DNA of 62,790 bases, filler included, from Choristocarpus tenellus KU-1152 (GCA_964200185.2; 10 parts of 10 records of this genome joined end to end with filler, not necessarily neighbours in it), one strand, 5' to 3'; positions 11,900 through 24,674 are shown, counted from the whole stretch's first letter. A program made the numbers and translations. Notes: a model not told the origin generated them from the letters alone.

Positions 11900-13870
11900 T
11901 CTTCCACCTGTGCCAGTTCATCTGAAGCTGACATTTCGAGTACTATAGGGATTTTGAAGCACCTCTTTTAAAAGAACTAGCATGAAAGGAGGTACACCTC
12001 AAAAGTAGGAAGTCTCCACTGCAGGCATTGTGGACAATGTATCTTTCAGACAGGTCATCCACAATGGTGAAAAACAACATCGTAGCACTTTTTTTTATGG
12101 TTTGTGCATGCCCTGAAAATATCGACCCTAAAACTAGGCCGGAGTTGGAACATGTTTTCGAAGCTTGAACAATTTACACGCCAGTTGTTTCTTAGTTTTG
12201 ATGGTCTGCGGATGATGGCTTATCGATCTTAATGTGTCCATTTGTTGAAGACCAGGGTCTTGAACCTGAAATCCAACAGGGTAACTGTGATAGGGCTGGG
12301 CTGTGAGCTGGCTCGGTGATCAATTTTATCTGAAACTGTCACACCAGGGCTGTATGGATTATGCAGAGTGGTGCCAAGACATGAGCTGGCTCAGTAAGAT
12401 TTTGGAGGGGCCAGGATACAAGCCAGGTAGGTAAAAAAATCTAATAAAATGGGTTGGGTCAAGGTCTTCAATGACTTCAACTGGGTTTGGCTGCAGCACA
12501 GCTTGGAAATCACTTCTAAGTCTTGGAGCATCTCTCTCCCTCTCTCTTTATAGTGCTTGAGAGTCAGACTCTCCCTTATCCTCCCCCTGTTCCTCCAGCA
12601 TAGGCATGGTGAGTTCCTGGCTCAGGTCATCTGGACACTTGTTTGTTTGGAAGAGCCTTGCATACTTCCTCCTTCTGATACCCTTTCCATATGGTTCTCT
12701 CAATGCCACAAATATACCTTCTTCAAGCTACACAGGTCCTTCTTGGTTGTTGTAAGAGGGGCTATAGGTATACCACCACATATGGTCAGACCTGACAGTG
12801 TAGTGAAGCCAGATTTCAGAATTCCATAAAAAGAAGTCTGGTGTCGATTGGTTGGAAACGGCGAAATCTTTACAGGGAATAGCCGCCACAGCCACTTAGT
12901 CACAATTTTTTGACAGGGCTGGCCTGGTTAAAATGCAGGGTTTTATTGAGCAAGCAAAATGAAATGACTCCTTCTGCCGACTGGGTCGGTCCCGCAATTG
13001 TCCACCACGTCCCAATCTATGTCCACTACATTTTACAGTGGTACATGTCTGCCGACTGGACCTGGTCTAACATTGTCCAATATGTCCGCACCATGTCCAC
13101 TGGTGGGACTTGGGTTTAACATTCTCTAACATGTCCAAACCATGTCAGGTGGTCACTTGAACTTTTTCTGGCATTTCCAGACTATGTCCCGTATGGGTTC
13201 TATTAGTTCAGTCAACAGGCCTACTCCTGGACCATCTGCCTCGTATGGACCCACATAATTGGTTTGGTCAGTCCGTGTGAAAAAGGTGGAAATTGAAAGC
13301 AACCTCTTATCGGATTGATTTTTTCACATTTTTTTCTTTTCCCACTAAGAAAGGAATGCTCACATACATCAATGGAACATTTACATTGGCACTTCCTGTC
13401 TCATCGTATTGTAACAAAAGGAGAAAAGGGAGGTTACTCCGAAAAGTTTATTGCTGTTGTGAAACAAGAATATTTGTGAATGATTCTCAAAATAACAGTA
13501 GTATTTCATTACTAGAACAATACAAACACAAATGAAAAAAGTAATATATAAAACATCTCTAAACCAAATATGATATTGCAAATATTTTGAGCGAACAGGG
13601 TGTAATGATGTGGAGAACGTCAGTGTAAAATATGTTTTAACCACTCATAGAAAAAATGTTCTAACATGGCTAAGTCCATGGGCCTCATTACTTTTAACAT
13701 GACCGGGTCAGTGGATCAGCCAGCACAAATAAGTTCGAACATGGCCGTATCCATCATGGCTGTCATCACCTCAACATTGGAGGGCCACTGATCGGTCTTT
13801 TACATCAACATGACCGGGTCCATAGACATCAACTGTTTCAATATAGCCCGCCCCCAGGGTGGACCCCAAG
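11900..13870 (-). mobile_element. Highly decayed DNA transposon, possibly MULE-like
   Basis: A stop-interrupted minus-strand translation near 12010-12190 (YDVVFHHCG*...HCPQCLQWRLP) resembles a SWIM finger. Short subterminal-type repeats (TGTCC, CTGCCGACTGG, AACATGACCGGGTC) cluster at 12970-13230 and 13660-13825. Confidence 0.3.
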
Positions 13871-13917
13871 TTGATGAAAAACCCGTCAAAATATTACTTA
13901 CTCTTTGTATTGAAAAT

Positions 13918-14175
13918 GAGTCAGAGTAAACAAGAGGTACCCAGAGTTGCAATTAAAGGGCGTTGACAAATATGTCCAGAATTCATATTCTATTACAAAA
14001 GTTTGTAGGATGTTTTCTGAAGTGTGTCAAAACGTTTCAAGCAATAGAGAAATAAATGCTCTCAAGTCAAACTTAGAGCTTCGTCAATAGAAATATGGGT
14101 GAATCACAAAATGTTGATAACAAACTTAAAATGCAAAACGGCCAAAATCTAGGTACCTCTTGTTTACTCTGGCTC
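13918..14175 (+). mobile_element. MITE family C (about 258 bp)
   Basis: 24-bp inverted ends GAGTCAGAGTAAACAAGAGGTACC / GGTACCTCTTGTTTACTCTGGCTC, with the internal CTCTCAAGTCAAACTTAG motif shared by the other C copies. Confidence 0.9.
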
Positions 14176-16241
14176 GCTTGTCTTATGTACTATGATTTTG
14201 GACACCAAACCGAGTTTCTACATCAACCTTGCATACGTGGCACTCTCGTTTTGTAAAGATCTCCGTGTCAGGATTAAAAATAATCGCATCAACCAGTATT
14301 ATAATGATGTCTTTAATTCAACAGCGACAGAATGTCCATACATTACGTAGTAGGTGCTTGCTTCTGCCGTACAAACTATTCACCTGCATTACCTACCACA
14401 CACTTACATATGTTACATAAGAAGTTTATGGAGGATGGAATTCCTCTCGTGTTCGAATGACAAATCTGTCTTATTTTATCAATAAGGTTCTATTTCATGA
14501 CTATCAGTTTTCATTATTTGAGGCAGTCTATGTTAAGGGTTTAAATATCTGGGACAGATATAAGTCAACCTTGTTCACAACCAGTCTTAACTACATATAT
14601 TTTTCAGTTATCAGTCTCTATCAATCCCTTACACACATATGATGTACTGTTACAGGCACGCTCCAGAAACTTACCTCCACAGGATGGGTAGCTCCAATCC
14701 ACAGATTAACGAATGTTAGCTCAGCAGAACAGGGGTACTGTCAAATGAATCAATCAGCATAAGAAATATGTATGTTTTCGATATCAGTAAGAGAGTGCTA
14801 TAGGTGGGGTCTCTAGGTCAGAAGAACTGAGCTGTTTGGAGCCGTTTTTAGGATCTCTTATCATCATTTATCATTGGGGCTTCTTTAGTTTACAGACATT
14901 GGAATAGGGTCAAAGTATCTGGGGGGGGTNNNNNNNNNNNNNNNNNNNNNNNNNNNNNNNNNNNNNNNNNNNNTTAATTAATTAANNNNNNNNNNNNNNN
15001 NNNNNNNNNNNNNNNNNNNNNNNNNNNNNCCCCCCCCCCCCCCCCCCCCCTCCGTCACACCACCTCTGTACTGCTGGAGCAGAAGGGAGCACTATTTTTT
15101 TTTTTGTATAACGGAGTACGATGGTGTTGATAGTTTGTTTTTGAATTATATAAGAGAGAGAAAGAGGAAAGGACATGCACACACTCAAGAGTTTGACTTC
15201 CTGTCCCCCGAGCATTTTCGTTGTGGTTGGTCAGTTGGAGCTATTGTTTTGGTTGGTGTAAGATAAAAACTGTACGTGTTTTGTTTTTTTGTCGCTGGAA
15301 ATTTCTGTAATATATATTTTTTATTGTTGGTGCGAGCTAGGCGTTTGTTTTAATGCACTAGATTTCTTTTTTTTTCTTTTTCTAAGAGACCTACCTACCT
15401 TTTTTTCATCACTTTTATTTTATATTTGTGTGTGTGTGTGTGTGTTTGAAAAAATTTAGAAGAGATACTCCGAAGCGGAAGGGGGAAACGTCACAAAAAT
15501 GCATTGAATTTTGTGTTGGGATACACTTGCTTGTTGATGACGGCGCTCCCTCCTACGTCCTAGATCTTTCCCTTATGAGAGATTTAAAAAAAAAGATGGT
15601 GTCCTCGTACACATTCTTGACCCGGGTGGCCGAGGTGTGTTATGCAGGGGTCAAGTCATCCCTTTTTTTTCTTTTCATTTGTGGGCAAAGACTGGCTCTC
15701 TCTTTAAAAAAACCCCAACAACTCTTGAACGGGTAGTCACCAATTTTTTTTATTTTTTTAGCATTTGAACGAACCCTCCGTAACTGTTCTTTGATTTTTC
15801 GCACGAGACGTAAAATAATTAAAAAAAAATCTGACACGGAGGCGACTTTAATTTTAAAAAAAAAAATAGCAATGCCTGCCGAAAGTTGCTCACTTTCCGA
15901 TAGACTGTGTGTGCATCAGTTTCCCTACCTGGTGTTGGTGTTGGTGTTGTGCATCTGCATCTGCATCTTTGTGATTTCCTCTTTGAATGCGCAGGATTTG
16001 ATTTAAACATGCTTTGTGTCGGAGGAGGTACGACTTCCAGTATCTGTTTCTTCTTTGCTCTCCTGTTCAATACGGCGGATTTTTTTTTTAATTATCGTGC
16101 GCTGCTCACCGCGCATCCTTCGCACAAGTTTTTTTCTTTTCTTTTTCATCCTAATATTGCCGCAACAAGGGCTGTGAGATTTTGAAATATGTGTTCTGTT
16201 TGCGTGTAGAAGTGATTTGTTGATTGTAATCCAGTAAGTAC

Positions 16242-16359
16242 ATTATTGTTACCGTTATTATTGTTATTATTTTTGTTACTACTGTTATTAATGCTATTAT
16301 TATTGTTATTATTATTATTATCGATGTTGTTATTGTTATTATTGTTATTATTATTATTG
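16242..16359 (+). repeat. (TTA/TTG)n trinucleotide low-complexity tract
   Basis: Read directly; it is the source of the poly-Asn ORF. Confidence 0.9.
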
Positions 16360-16676
16360 CTACAGAATATTATATACGCGTAAATATGACTTCTTTTTTT
16401 GTCCTCCAACAGACCATCTCTTCGAAACAGAAAATTTTGATACCAATGTTTCACACAACAAGGAGAACATTCGACAGGTCCCATCAAGACCGCCTCCAAT
16501 CCCCATCCACAAAACCCTTTTTGATGTTCTTGAATGCCCACCCACACTCTGCCCATCTATGCGCGTGTGTTATTGTTTGTACGTCTGTATGTGTTATGTG
16601 CCTACGTGCTTACATACTTCATGTGCATGTCCATACTCCGCAATCAATAATATATATATATATATATATATATTAG

Positions 16677-16793
16677 GGCCAGCTCATTCCCCGCCTAGAG
16701 TCAATCAAGCACTACTTTCTGTTGGACAGAGGCGACTTCTTCGCCCATTTCATGGACGTGGCGGAGGAGGAGCTGCAAAAGTCAATCAAAGAT
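16677..16793 (+). CDS. TUBGCP2: Single internal exon of gamma-tubulin complex component 2 (GCP2/Spc97); rest of gene not resolved
   Basis: tag|GGC...GAT|gtgcgt is 117 nt, phase 0/0, and encodes GQLIPRLESIKHYFLLDRGDFFAHFMDVAEEELQKSIKD. This matches the conserved GCP2 segment 'L.SIK.YFL.D.GDFF.HFMD.AEEEL.K'. Confidence 0.85.
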
Positions 16794-17056
16794 GTGCGTG
16801 CTGTGACGTGCTATCTCAAGGACGCCGTCAGCCCACAACCCTAACCCTGACCCTCACTCGCGCACTGACCTTATCCCTAACCCTAACTAATCCCTAGCCC
16901 TCTCCTCATCCCTAACTGACCCTGCGTAGACTCTCGTCGACTTTTTTTTTTCCCTTACTTGCCATACACTGCGGCGAGGCAGTCAGTGCCTCAGTTTCAA
17001 TGAGTTTTTTTTTTGTTGTTGAGTTGGCAGAGGACCTTACGAATTAGAGAAGAGTG

Positions 17057-17331
17057 TAGATGTGATAATTACTTTTTTGTAGATGTAATAATTACTTTTT
17101 CATAGATGTGATAATTACTTTTTTATAGATGTAATAATTACTTTTTTATAGATGTAATAATTACTTTTTTGTAGATGTGATAATTACTTTTTTTTAGATG
17201 TGATAATTACTTTTTTATAGATGTAATAATTGCTTTTTAGTAGATGTGATAATTACTTTTTTGTAGATGTGATAATTACTTTTTTATAGATGTACTAATT
17301 ACTTTTTAGTAGATGTGATAATTACTTTTTA
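17057..17331 (+). repeat. Minisatellite, 12 x 23 bp (TAGATGTRATAATTACTTTTTTR)
   Basis: Twelve head-to-tail, nearly identical units counted directly, with no spacers. Confidence 0.95.
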
Positions 17332-17690
17332 TCATTCAAGTTAAAATGCGTAGTGTTGTACCTCTCCCCAACTGCCATTTTTTCCCAATAATAAGAAAAT
17401 GGGGAAATTTCCTGAGTTTTTTTTTTTCTGCTTCCTGCCCTTGAAAATGACGTAAAAGTGATTTATTTTGAATGCCATTAATGATAGTGGCTTATTCCTC
17501 TCACTGCCATCGTTTCCCAAAAGCGGAGAGAAACCCCCTCCTTTTTGAATCAAAACTAATTCCTCTGCTACCTGGATGGCTCCCCCCCTCNNNNNNNNNN
17601 NNNNNNNNNNNNNNNNNNNNNNNNNNNNNNNNNNTTAATTAATTAANNNNNNNNNNNNNNNNNNNNNNNNNNNNNNNNNNNNNNNNNNNN

Positions 17691-17746
17691 ATACAAAAAT
17701 TGACCCCAAATGGACAGCCGCCACCCCCTCCCAGATACTTTGAGCC
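17691..17746 (+). mobile_element. MITE family B right end at a contig start
   Basis: TTGACCCCAAATGGACAGCCGCCACCCCCTCCCAGATACTTTGAGCC, abutting the Copia remnant. Confidence 0.85.
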
Positions 17747-19330
17747 GAATCGAGTGTTGAATGTTCACAGGCCAAAGCTCACCGTGCTCCAGTGCCACGA
17801 AGAACGGAATCTTGGGCAACCAGGAAACTTGAGAGGGTATTCGCTGATTGAGTGGACCTAAGTCGGTGCGTAACCTTGGGGGCTGCTATTATTTGATAAT
17901 CTTCGTCGACAACTGCACCAAGATGAAGTGAATGTGATTCCTGGCCAAAAAGGATAGTGCAGCAGATGCACTGGCAGATTTCATTTCGGACACAGCTGCA
18001 CTGAGAGGAATGTCGATTGGCTGTATTTGGAACAATGGGGGAGGAGAATTCGTGAGTGTGTCGACTCCATTTGTGGGCTGAAGCTCAGAATCATGCTTGA
18101 GATCTAAGCAATATGCGTGTCACTCTCGGGCCAATGAGGATTGGATTTCTCCATATGAGCTCGGGCATGGTGAACCAGGTAAGGCACAAGACTTGATATG
18201 CTTTGGGACTGTGGGATAAATGTGTGTGGCCAAACGAAAGCACAAACTAGATGTGCAAGGATCCAAATGCTTGCTGATGGGGTTCGCAGAGCATCATCGA
18301 AGGAGTTCCTGGTGAGTTCTCCACGAGAGGTCCAACCAGTCGTTGATCAGACAGTCTGTATCACGGCACAAAATTCCCCTTTTAATGTCTCAGGACGATG
18401 GGGAGATTTTAGCTGAGGGTTCTGACCTGTTGTTGGATATACGTGGGATGTCGTTTGAGGAGTTAGGGAGTGATAGTGAGCCTGCTGTGCGCGTGGAGGA
18501 CTCTCGTGAGTCTGCGCAGCAGGGGAGGGGGGCGTGTTATATCCCGTGAAGTCAAATGCTGCACAAGCTCGTGATGTTATCCCTACCCCAAACTCTAGCC
18601 CATCTGAATCTACACCTTCACGAAGGGCTTAGCAGAGAGCCATCAGGAGAGGGAGCCAAGACACGTCAGGGGAAGTGTTTCTGGCTCATTTAGCGAAAGT
18701 CCTAGTTGTTCAAGAGGCGGTGCATGATGCTGCTAGAATGTCCATGGCGTTTCCTAATGGAATGACCAACCAACCCTCTAACACCTGAGCCACAATCCCG
18801 AAGGGAATCTTTGCCGTCTTCAGATGCACCATACGGGCAGGACACCTTGAAGATGGAGTTGGCAAAACTGGAGGAGACTGGGGTTTGGGATGAGGTGAAA
18901 AGGCTGTCCAATCGCCATGTGTGTGGTGCGATCCAATTGGGTGTTTAAGATGAGAGTGAAAGTATCTTAGAGGGTACAAGTTTTGCCCTGTTTGTCCATT
19001 TGGGTCTTGGCTTCTCACGGGGTTTTTATGACATTTTTCCTACTTCCAGATTTTTTTGGAGTAGGTAAAATGCATACATTATGAAAAGGTGTGTCCGGAA
19101 CAAGGACATTGACACTTCGTAACAAATACATTGGGCGAAACTACATCAAAATCGCAACATTGGATTTTGGACCCCAAACGGACACGAGATACTTTGACTC
19201 ATAAAGGTAAATTGGGAGGAAGATGTTGTGGATGAGTGCAAAGCCTGCCTTATAGTCATGGGAAACAGGCATTACTCTGGAGTGGACTACACCAAGAAAT
19301 CTTAGCCTATAGTGATACCAGTACCTTCGC
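17747..19330 (+). mobile_element. Decayed Ty1/Copia LTR retrotransposon (integrase and RT remnants)
   Basis: Translation with stops and frameshifts gives VECSQAKAHRAPVP...LERVFAD...GGCYYLIIFVDNCTK...FLAKKDSAADALADF...GGGEFV (integrase), followed by EPQSRRE...MELAKLEETGVWDEV...WVFK...KACLIVMGNRHYSGVDY (RT). Integrase before RT is the Copia order. Confidence 0.88.
18954..19200 (+). mobile_element. MITE family A inserted in the Copia RT region
   Basis: Full copy with flanks atga/ataa. It interrupts the Copia RT right after the WVFK motif. Confidence 0.9.
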
Positions 19331-19599
19331 CCTCTGGGGTTGTCCCGTCATAACGTTTGATGTAGACATCGAATTAAACGTGTAAAGGCATATTCGTGAT
19401 GCCCGTCACAAGACCCTCCAGAGTACGGTTTCATTTTCGTATTTCGTCATTTCTTTATTTTCTTGAAGGAAGAGCAGTCATATTGGGGTTCGAACCCTGG
19501 ATTGTAGGTCACCAAGAGTGACAAAAGATGCACTATTACTTGATTAAAGTACAGGGTTTAGGTGGGAATAAAGCCTCCCCACCCTTTCTTCCTGTGTGT

Positions 19600-21190
19600 T
19601 CCCGCAATCACTATTTGACCTCGGCAAGGATGTCCTCGTCAGGCCCAGAACGAAACGTGTCTCGTGTAGCGCCCTTGCTCCGACACCTTGATGTGGCCCT
19701 TAGTTAGGAAGTCTCTCTCTCATTTACTCGCAGTTTCCGACCTGACCATCACATATCCTGCTGCCATCTCGAGCGCCATTTGACAGTCTTTCCCCTCATT
19801 CGTACATAGTTAAAGAATTCGGAGTGTTAGAGCCCTTACTGTCACATTTCCTCGTTGAATACAGGAAATGGGCGTCGTCCGTGTATCCTGGGCGGGTGAT
19901 ATTCTATCTTCAAGGCGCAAGGGCGAGGGAGGACAGGCTTGGGTTGATCGAAAATTGTGTTGATTTCTCGTATGAATGCAGGCTGCGAGAAAGCCTTAAT
20001 CAACTATATACGTCCAACCCTAAGTCCAGCAACAAGAGTGAATGCACGGCACCTTGCAAGAAGTGGAAGACACCAAACCATCAGTGTGTAAATAGTCTCA
20101 ATCTCACCTCGTCTTCTTCCCTGGTGTCCACATCAACGGACACCTCCACCTACTTCGCGACCTCTTCTAAGTAAAGGATTTAGTGGTATCGAAACGTCTC
20201 CACAGCTGACTTTGTTACGATCGCTTTCTCCTCCTCCTTGCCAGCCCTTTGGACCTTCTTTTGGGCTTCAGAGCCCTTGTAGCCCAACCCTAACACCTTC
20301 TTTCTCGTTTCCTTTAAGCCACTCCGGCTCACACGGCTTCCAAACAGTCAGGGTGTGCTGCAACTGTCTACTACTAAGATGTTCTACAACCAGGTTTTCG
20401 CTGAGGCATTTCCTGAGCGCAATGGCATGCAGTCGCACTGCTCTCTTCCCCAATCTTCCCTTCAGGTGGCCACCCCGGTTCTCTCTTTGCCCGCCGTGAC
20501 CAGGATTCCCCAGAGACTTCACCACTATACCACCTGGTGATGATGGACTCGTCGCTCTCTTCCTGCTTTCCTGAGGCGACAGAGACTGCAGAGCAGTGCT
20601 CCGACATTGTTAAAAAGATCCTACCACGTTTGTGTGGTAATGCTCTCAATACATCTTCTCTCAGTGTCATCGTTGCGGCCCTGTGATCCATTTCGAAATT
20701 TGATTATGCTGCTGCGCCACACTACTCGCACTTTCTCGTCACCTAACATCGCACTGAGTGTCACACAGTACTTGCATTTCCATCGCCTCTCGACAGAGAA
20801 GGTGCCAAGGGTAGATCCAGGAGGCAGAGTGGCCTTGGTGGCTCTCCTTGTCTCACCGTTGTGGTTTACGTTGCTGCGTAAGTCATGCGTGTGTGTGCTC
20901 AAAGAAAGTCTGCAAAAGGCGTTAAAAAGATGTCCGCAAATCTTGCTTTTTGTTTCGGTATCGCCACACTGGCCAAACTTGGGCTGCTGCGACCTCCACC
21001 GGACCAGTTTTTTACAAGGGGTCCAGCCAACTACTTCGTTTTTTGTCCGTTTTGAAGTCGTGACCTTCAAATTTGCGTCGGAGATGTTCCCTCGCGTTTT
21101 TGCCATTCTTTGATCGGGACGTAGGTCCCGTTCTCCGAAGCCTGGACATTCGTGGATACACCCTTCAAACGATCTTGTCATACGCTTTCA
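19600..21190 (-). mobile_element. Decayed retroelement-like coding remnant (DIRS/Ngaro-like?)
   Basis: GC-richer stretch with long broken frames and no obvious introns. 'RLHAIALRKCLSENLVVEHL' loosely resembles the RNase H end of tyrosine-recombinase retroelements. The assignment is weak. Confidence 0.25.
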
Positions 21191-24001
21191 TTTGATACAA
21201 TATATATTGTTGTATAACTGTGGAGGCGTTCCCATGTAAGAAAGTAAGATTGCCAAAGAGGGCGAAGCTACTGCTACCTGTTAAAGTATCTCCAAAATCA
21301 TCAAAGAGGATAAAGGTGATAAACCCGGCGAGATTGCTTGATGTCTGTAGAGTGATTGATTAAATTTAGGTGGGGGATGCAGCACTCCATAACAACGGAA
21401 ATATTTCATTTTTATATGAGAAATTTCCCATAAACTAATGACTAGTAAAAGGTTCTGATAACNNNNNNNNNNNNNNNNNNNNNNNNNNNNNNNNNNNNNN
21501 NNNNNNTTAATTAATTAANNNNNNNNNNNNNNNNNNNNNNNNNNNNNNNNNNNNNNNNNNNNAAAAAAAGAGTTGTTTGGCCGAAACGGACGCCCCCTCA
21601 CAAACCACACCCCCCCCCTCCCAAGATACTTTGACCCTTCTCCTAAGAGCAATTTTGTGCTATTCTCATTTTGTTGCCCTGATCATGTATTTGCAATGCC
21701 CAGTTGTTGACTCTGGTTCTCTTACGGTGCAAATTGATGTGTGTCTGGGGGAGAGGGGTTACAGGTACGGCATGTGGAGCGAGAGAGGGAAAAAGTTTGG
21801 GAGTACTCCACTCAGCAAACATCAGTGGGGCAAGAGCACCAGTCTCAAACTAGTATTATCCAACATAAGAAAAAGTGAACACAAACTGATCTGGCCTGCA
21901 ATCTTCTCCTGTGAGCATAGGAAAAGGGGGCCCGTACCTGTACTGAGAGATGATTCAAGTAATGGTAAATGTTCCTTGAAGTCTACTATTATAAATTATT
22001 CATGGGAGTATGTACAGAAGTGTAATTGAGTCCTATCCTCCAAAGTATATTGTTGTTCCTCCTGAAATAAATGATTTAGTCACCTTATGCGTTTTATGCG
22101 GCCTACTCTGTGAATCTGTGACATTGAACAGGATGCAAACATATGGTGGTTTTGACACAACCAGACACATGAGTGCAACTGTCGGTTATTAGACATCGGA
22201 TGGGTGTACTTGATGCATGGATATTGGAAATACTCCCATCCCCCATGTCTTATCTTCTCTTTAAAGACCTTCTATGCATTCGCTTGAAGAGTGAGTAATT
22301 GTATCTGTACCCTGGTATGTATGTAATTAATGCGTTGATAACGTCACGATACTATGGGACCATCAATGAGCATCAGATTTGGTACAGACCAGGGCCACGT
22401 CAGCTGTGAGTTTAACAACAATACTTTTAATCTGGTATGTCCAAGCTTGGTGTGATTGAAGAGGTCAGAAATAGATAGATTGGGATGTTAAAAAAATAGC
22501 AAGCAGTTGCAGCAATGAGCAATGCCAAGGGAAGGATTATGATATTGTCTACTCTACTATTTTTTGCACGCAAGCTCTTGTGCAGAGGCGAGCAGACAAG
22601 GAGTATTCCGCACACTTGTTCTTCACTGCCACCCAGCGTCAGGTAAGGACTACTAAACAATAGTGCTGGAGCACCCCCCACACTTCATGTGCGCTGCTGA
22701 TGCATGACAAAACAACAATTGCTACACAACTCTTGATCCAAAAAATAACAAATGAACCAATGCACACAACGAATGTATTGCTGTACATATGACTGGGGCT
22801 TCGGTAGTGGTACAAGAACTCATGCTGGCTAAACCCCAGACTCTTCCAGACTTGCTGCGGTGAAGTTAGAGAGGTTTGTTAGTCGTTATATGCTTCGAAC
22901 TATGGTTTTCAGAGGGTTGGACAGGGTGTCTTGAATAGGAGAAGCAATCTTGTCTCTTGAAAGCAATTTGAAGGGGAGCTATAAGATCGCACATCTAAGA
23001 AGTCCATATTAGGGAATTATACCCTTGGCCTCCAATATATTTTCCTCCCAATGCACTGTTTGTCAACGATGCATTTGTTGAGTGTCAAGTACAGTAAATT
23101 CGATTTGCCAACGATGATCCCCTCAATCAATATTCTACTATTAATAACACAGGTACAATAAATATATGAACACGTACCTTTGTTGTCTTCCGTTTAAAAA
23201 TTCTAAGAACTGCACCAGTTGAGAGTTACGGAATAGTTTCTCAAATGAGTAATGCTTCGAAGTATCAATTAATTATTACGATATGTATGTCCAACACACA
23301 GAAGAGATAGATACACACTAGATTGAATTGCTTGCGCATTTGTATCCAGGTTTATAACCCTCTCCAATAACAGCAACAAATGAACAATGTTTGTCATATT
23401 GCAAATCTTTCTCGCCAGTAATGTGTCATAGTGAAATCCCACAACATGTCCCAAGCATATACCACTGCCCTTTTTGATGCCACTCCTACACTTGCAAGCT
23501 GCCGAGGAAAAGAATAATGGACCCTACTTTGCAGTTGTATGTGTGTGTCATATTTTAGAGAGAGTGAGCGAGTACTATTAACACCACTGTTTTTCTCAAC
23601 GATCAGTACATTTTGTTAGGGCTCAAATCCGACATCGGCAGCCGAACACCAAGTGATCATCCTATCCCGACACTTTTGATGGGTTGATAATTTGCTACTG
23701 ACCCATCAAATACGATTTTAGAGGCGTTATTTTCAACCCTTATCAAGCACATGGTTTATTAAAACAGGACAAAAAGAACAATTTGCCCATGCACAGTTCG
23801 CACACGTATAGTTTACTATATGTAGGGCAGTCCATTGATTGGCAGTAACTCGGCAGTGACATACCCAAGACTATGTGGTCATTTTTTGAAGGCCGCAACG
23901 AAGCTGGACTTAGCGGATTGCATTCACTGCAAGGTGAAAGATCCTACCAAGATTTACCACAGGGGATCTAACATATCACCTCCTCGCAAATTCATTCGTC
24001 T

Positions 24002-24196
24002 GACTCAAAGTATCTGGGGGGGGGGTGGCGGCTGTGCATTTTGGTTCAATTTATTAATGTCGCAATTCTTGGGTGATTTGGTTGGATACGTTGGATTGAT
24101 AATGTAAATGCACCTTTCCTTATTTTGACCCAAATGGACACCTTGCTGTGGACCCCCCCCCCCCCCCCCCGCCCCACATCATGCTAGCTTTGGCTC
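24002..24196 (-). mobile_element. MITE family B
   Basis: Begins GACTCAAAGTATCTGGGGGGGGGTGGCGGCTGT, an inverted copy of B. Confidence 0.85.
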
Positions 24197-24352
24197 AAAA
24201 ATACACCGACTATAACCCGGTCTTTCTTTGTTNNNNNNNNNNTTTTTAACCCCAAGAGTCGCCTTCCTGTGCCCCCCCCCCCCCCCCCCCAGATACTTTG
24301 GGCCTCTTGTGGAAAAAAATGGTCAATCAACTACATGTTTTTATCTTGTTAC

Positions 24353-24674
24353 TTGATAGATGTTTGGGGCTGTCAACCCAATGTATACACAGACTTCTTC
24401 AGAATGTTGATAAACATTAACATAATTCAGAGCAATGGTGACGATGGGTACACCACCTGTAGAAAAAATTAACATCATAAATGCCAAATGTGATGACATG
24501 TACCCTCGCTAAAATGATACCGTCCCAGAGGATTAATCAGACTGGTGGGTGCTTACCATCGGTTTCCTTATCAAGAATAGGCTTAGTTGGACATTTCAGT
24601 GCCAGTAATCCGTCAAGCGCAACCCTAGTGTGGGTCAAAATGGAGAGGGCCTTCCATGCGGTAGTTGATGCAAT
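24353..24674 (-). CDS. Two in-phase exons of an uncharacterised, possibly armadillo-like helical-repeat protein (gene probably extends both ways)
   Basis: Exons 24674-24557 and 24456-24353 join in phase across a 100-bp GT-AG intron and read IASTTAWKALSILTHTRVALDGLLAL...DGGVPIVTIALNYVNVYQHSEEV. A candidate upstream exon near 25710-25830 reads DNRGNMMKMRTLSAIGFLSRCL. The family call is a guess. Confidence 0.45.

Noticed and set aside
16146-16556. Poly-Asn ORF
   Set aside because: It is only the translation of a (TTA/TTG)n tract.
16838-16915. Telomere-like CCCTAA repeats (also near 27515-27540)
   Set aside because: They are short, degenerate and interstitial low-complexity tracts, not a chromosome end.
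17057-17331. Possible CRISPR array
   Set aside because: The units are directly adjacent with no unique spacers, no cas genes are present, and the context is eukaryotic.
19480-19540. tRNA-like GGTTCGAACCC box (also GGTTCGAGTC near 31760)
   Set aside because: No cloverleaf or A-box could be built, so this is at most a SINE relic.
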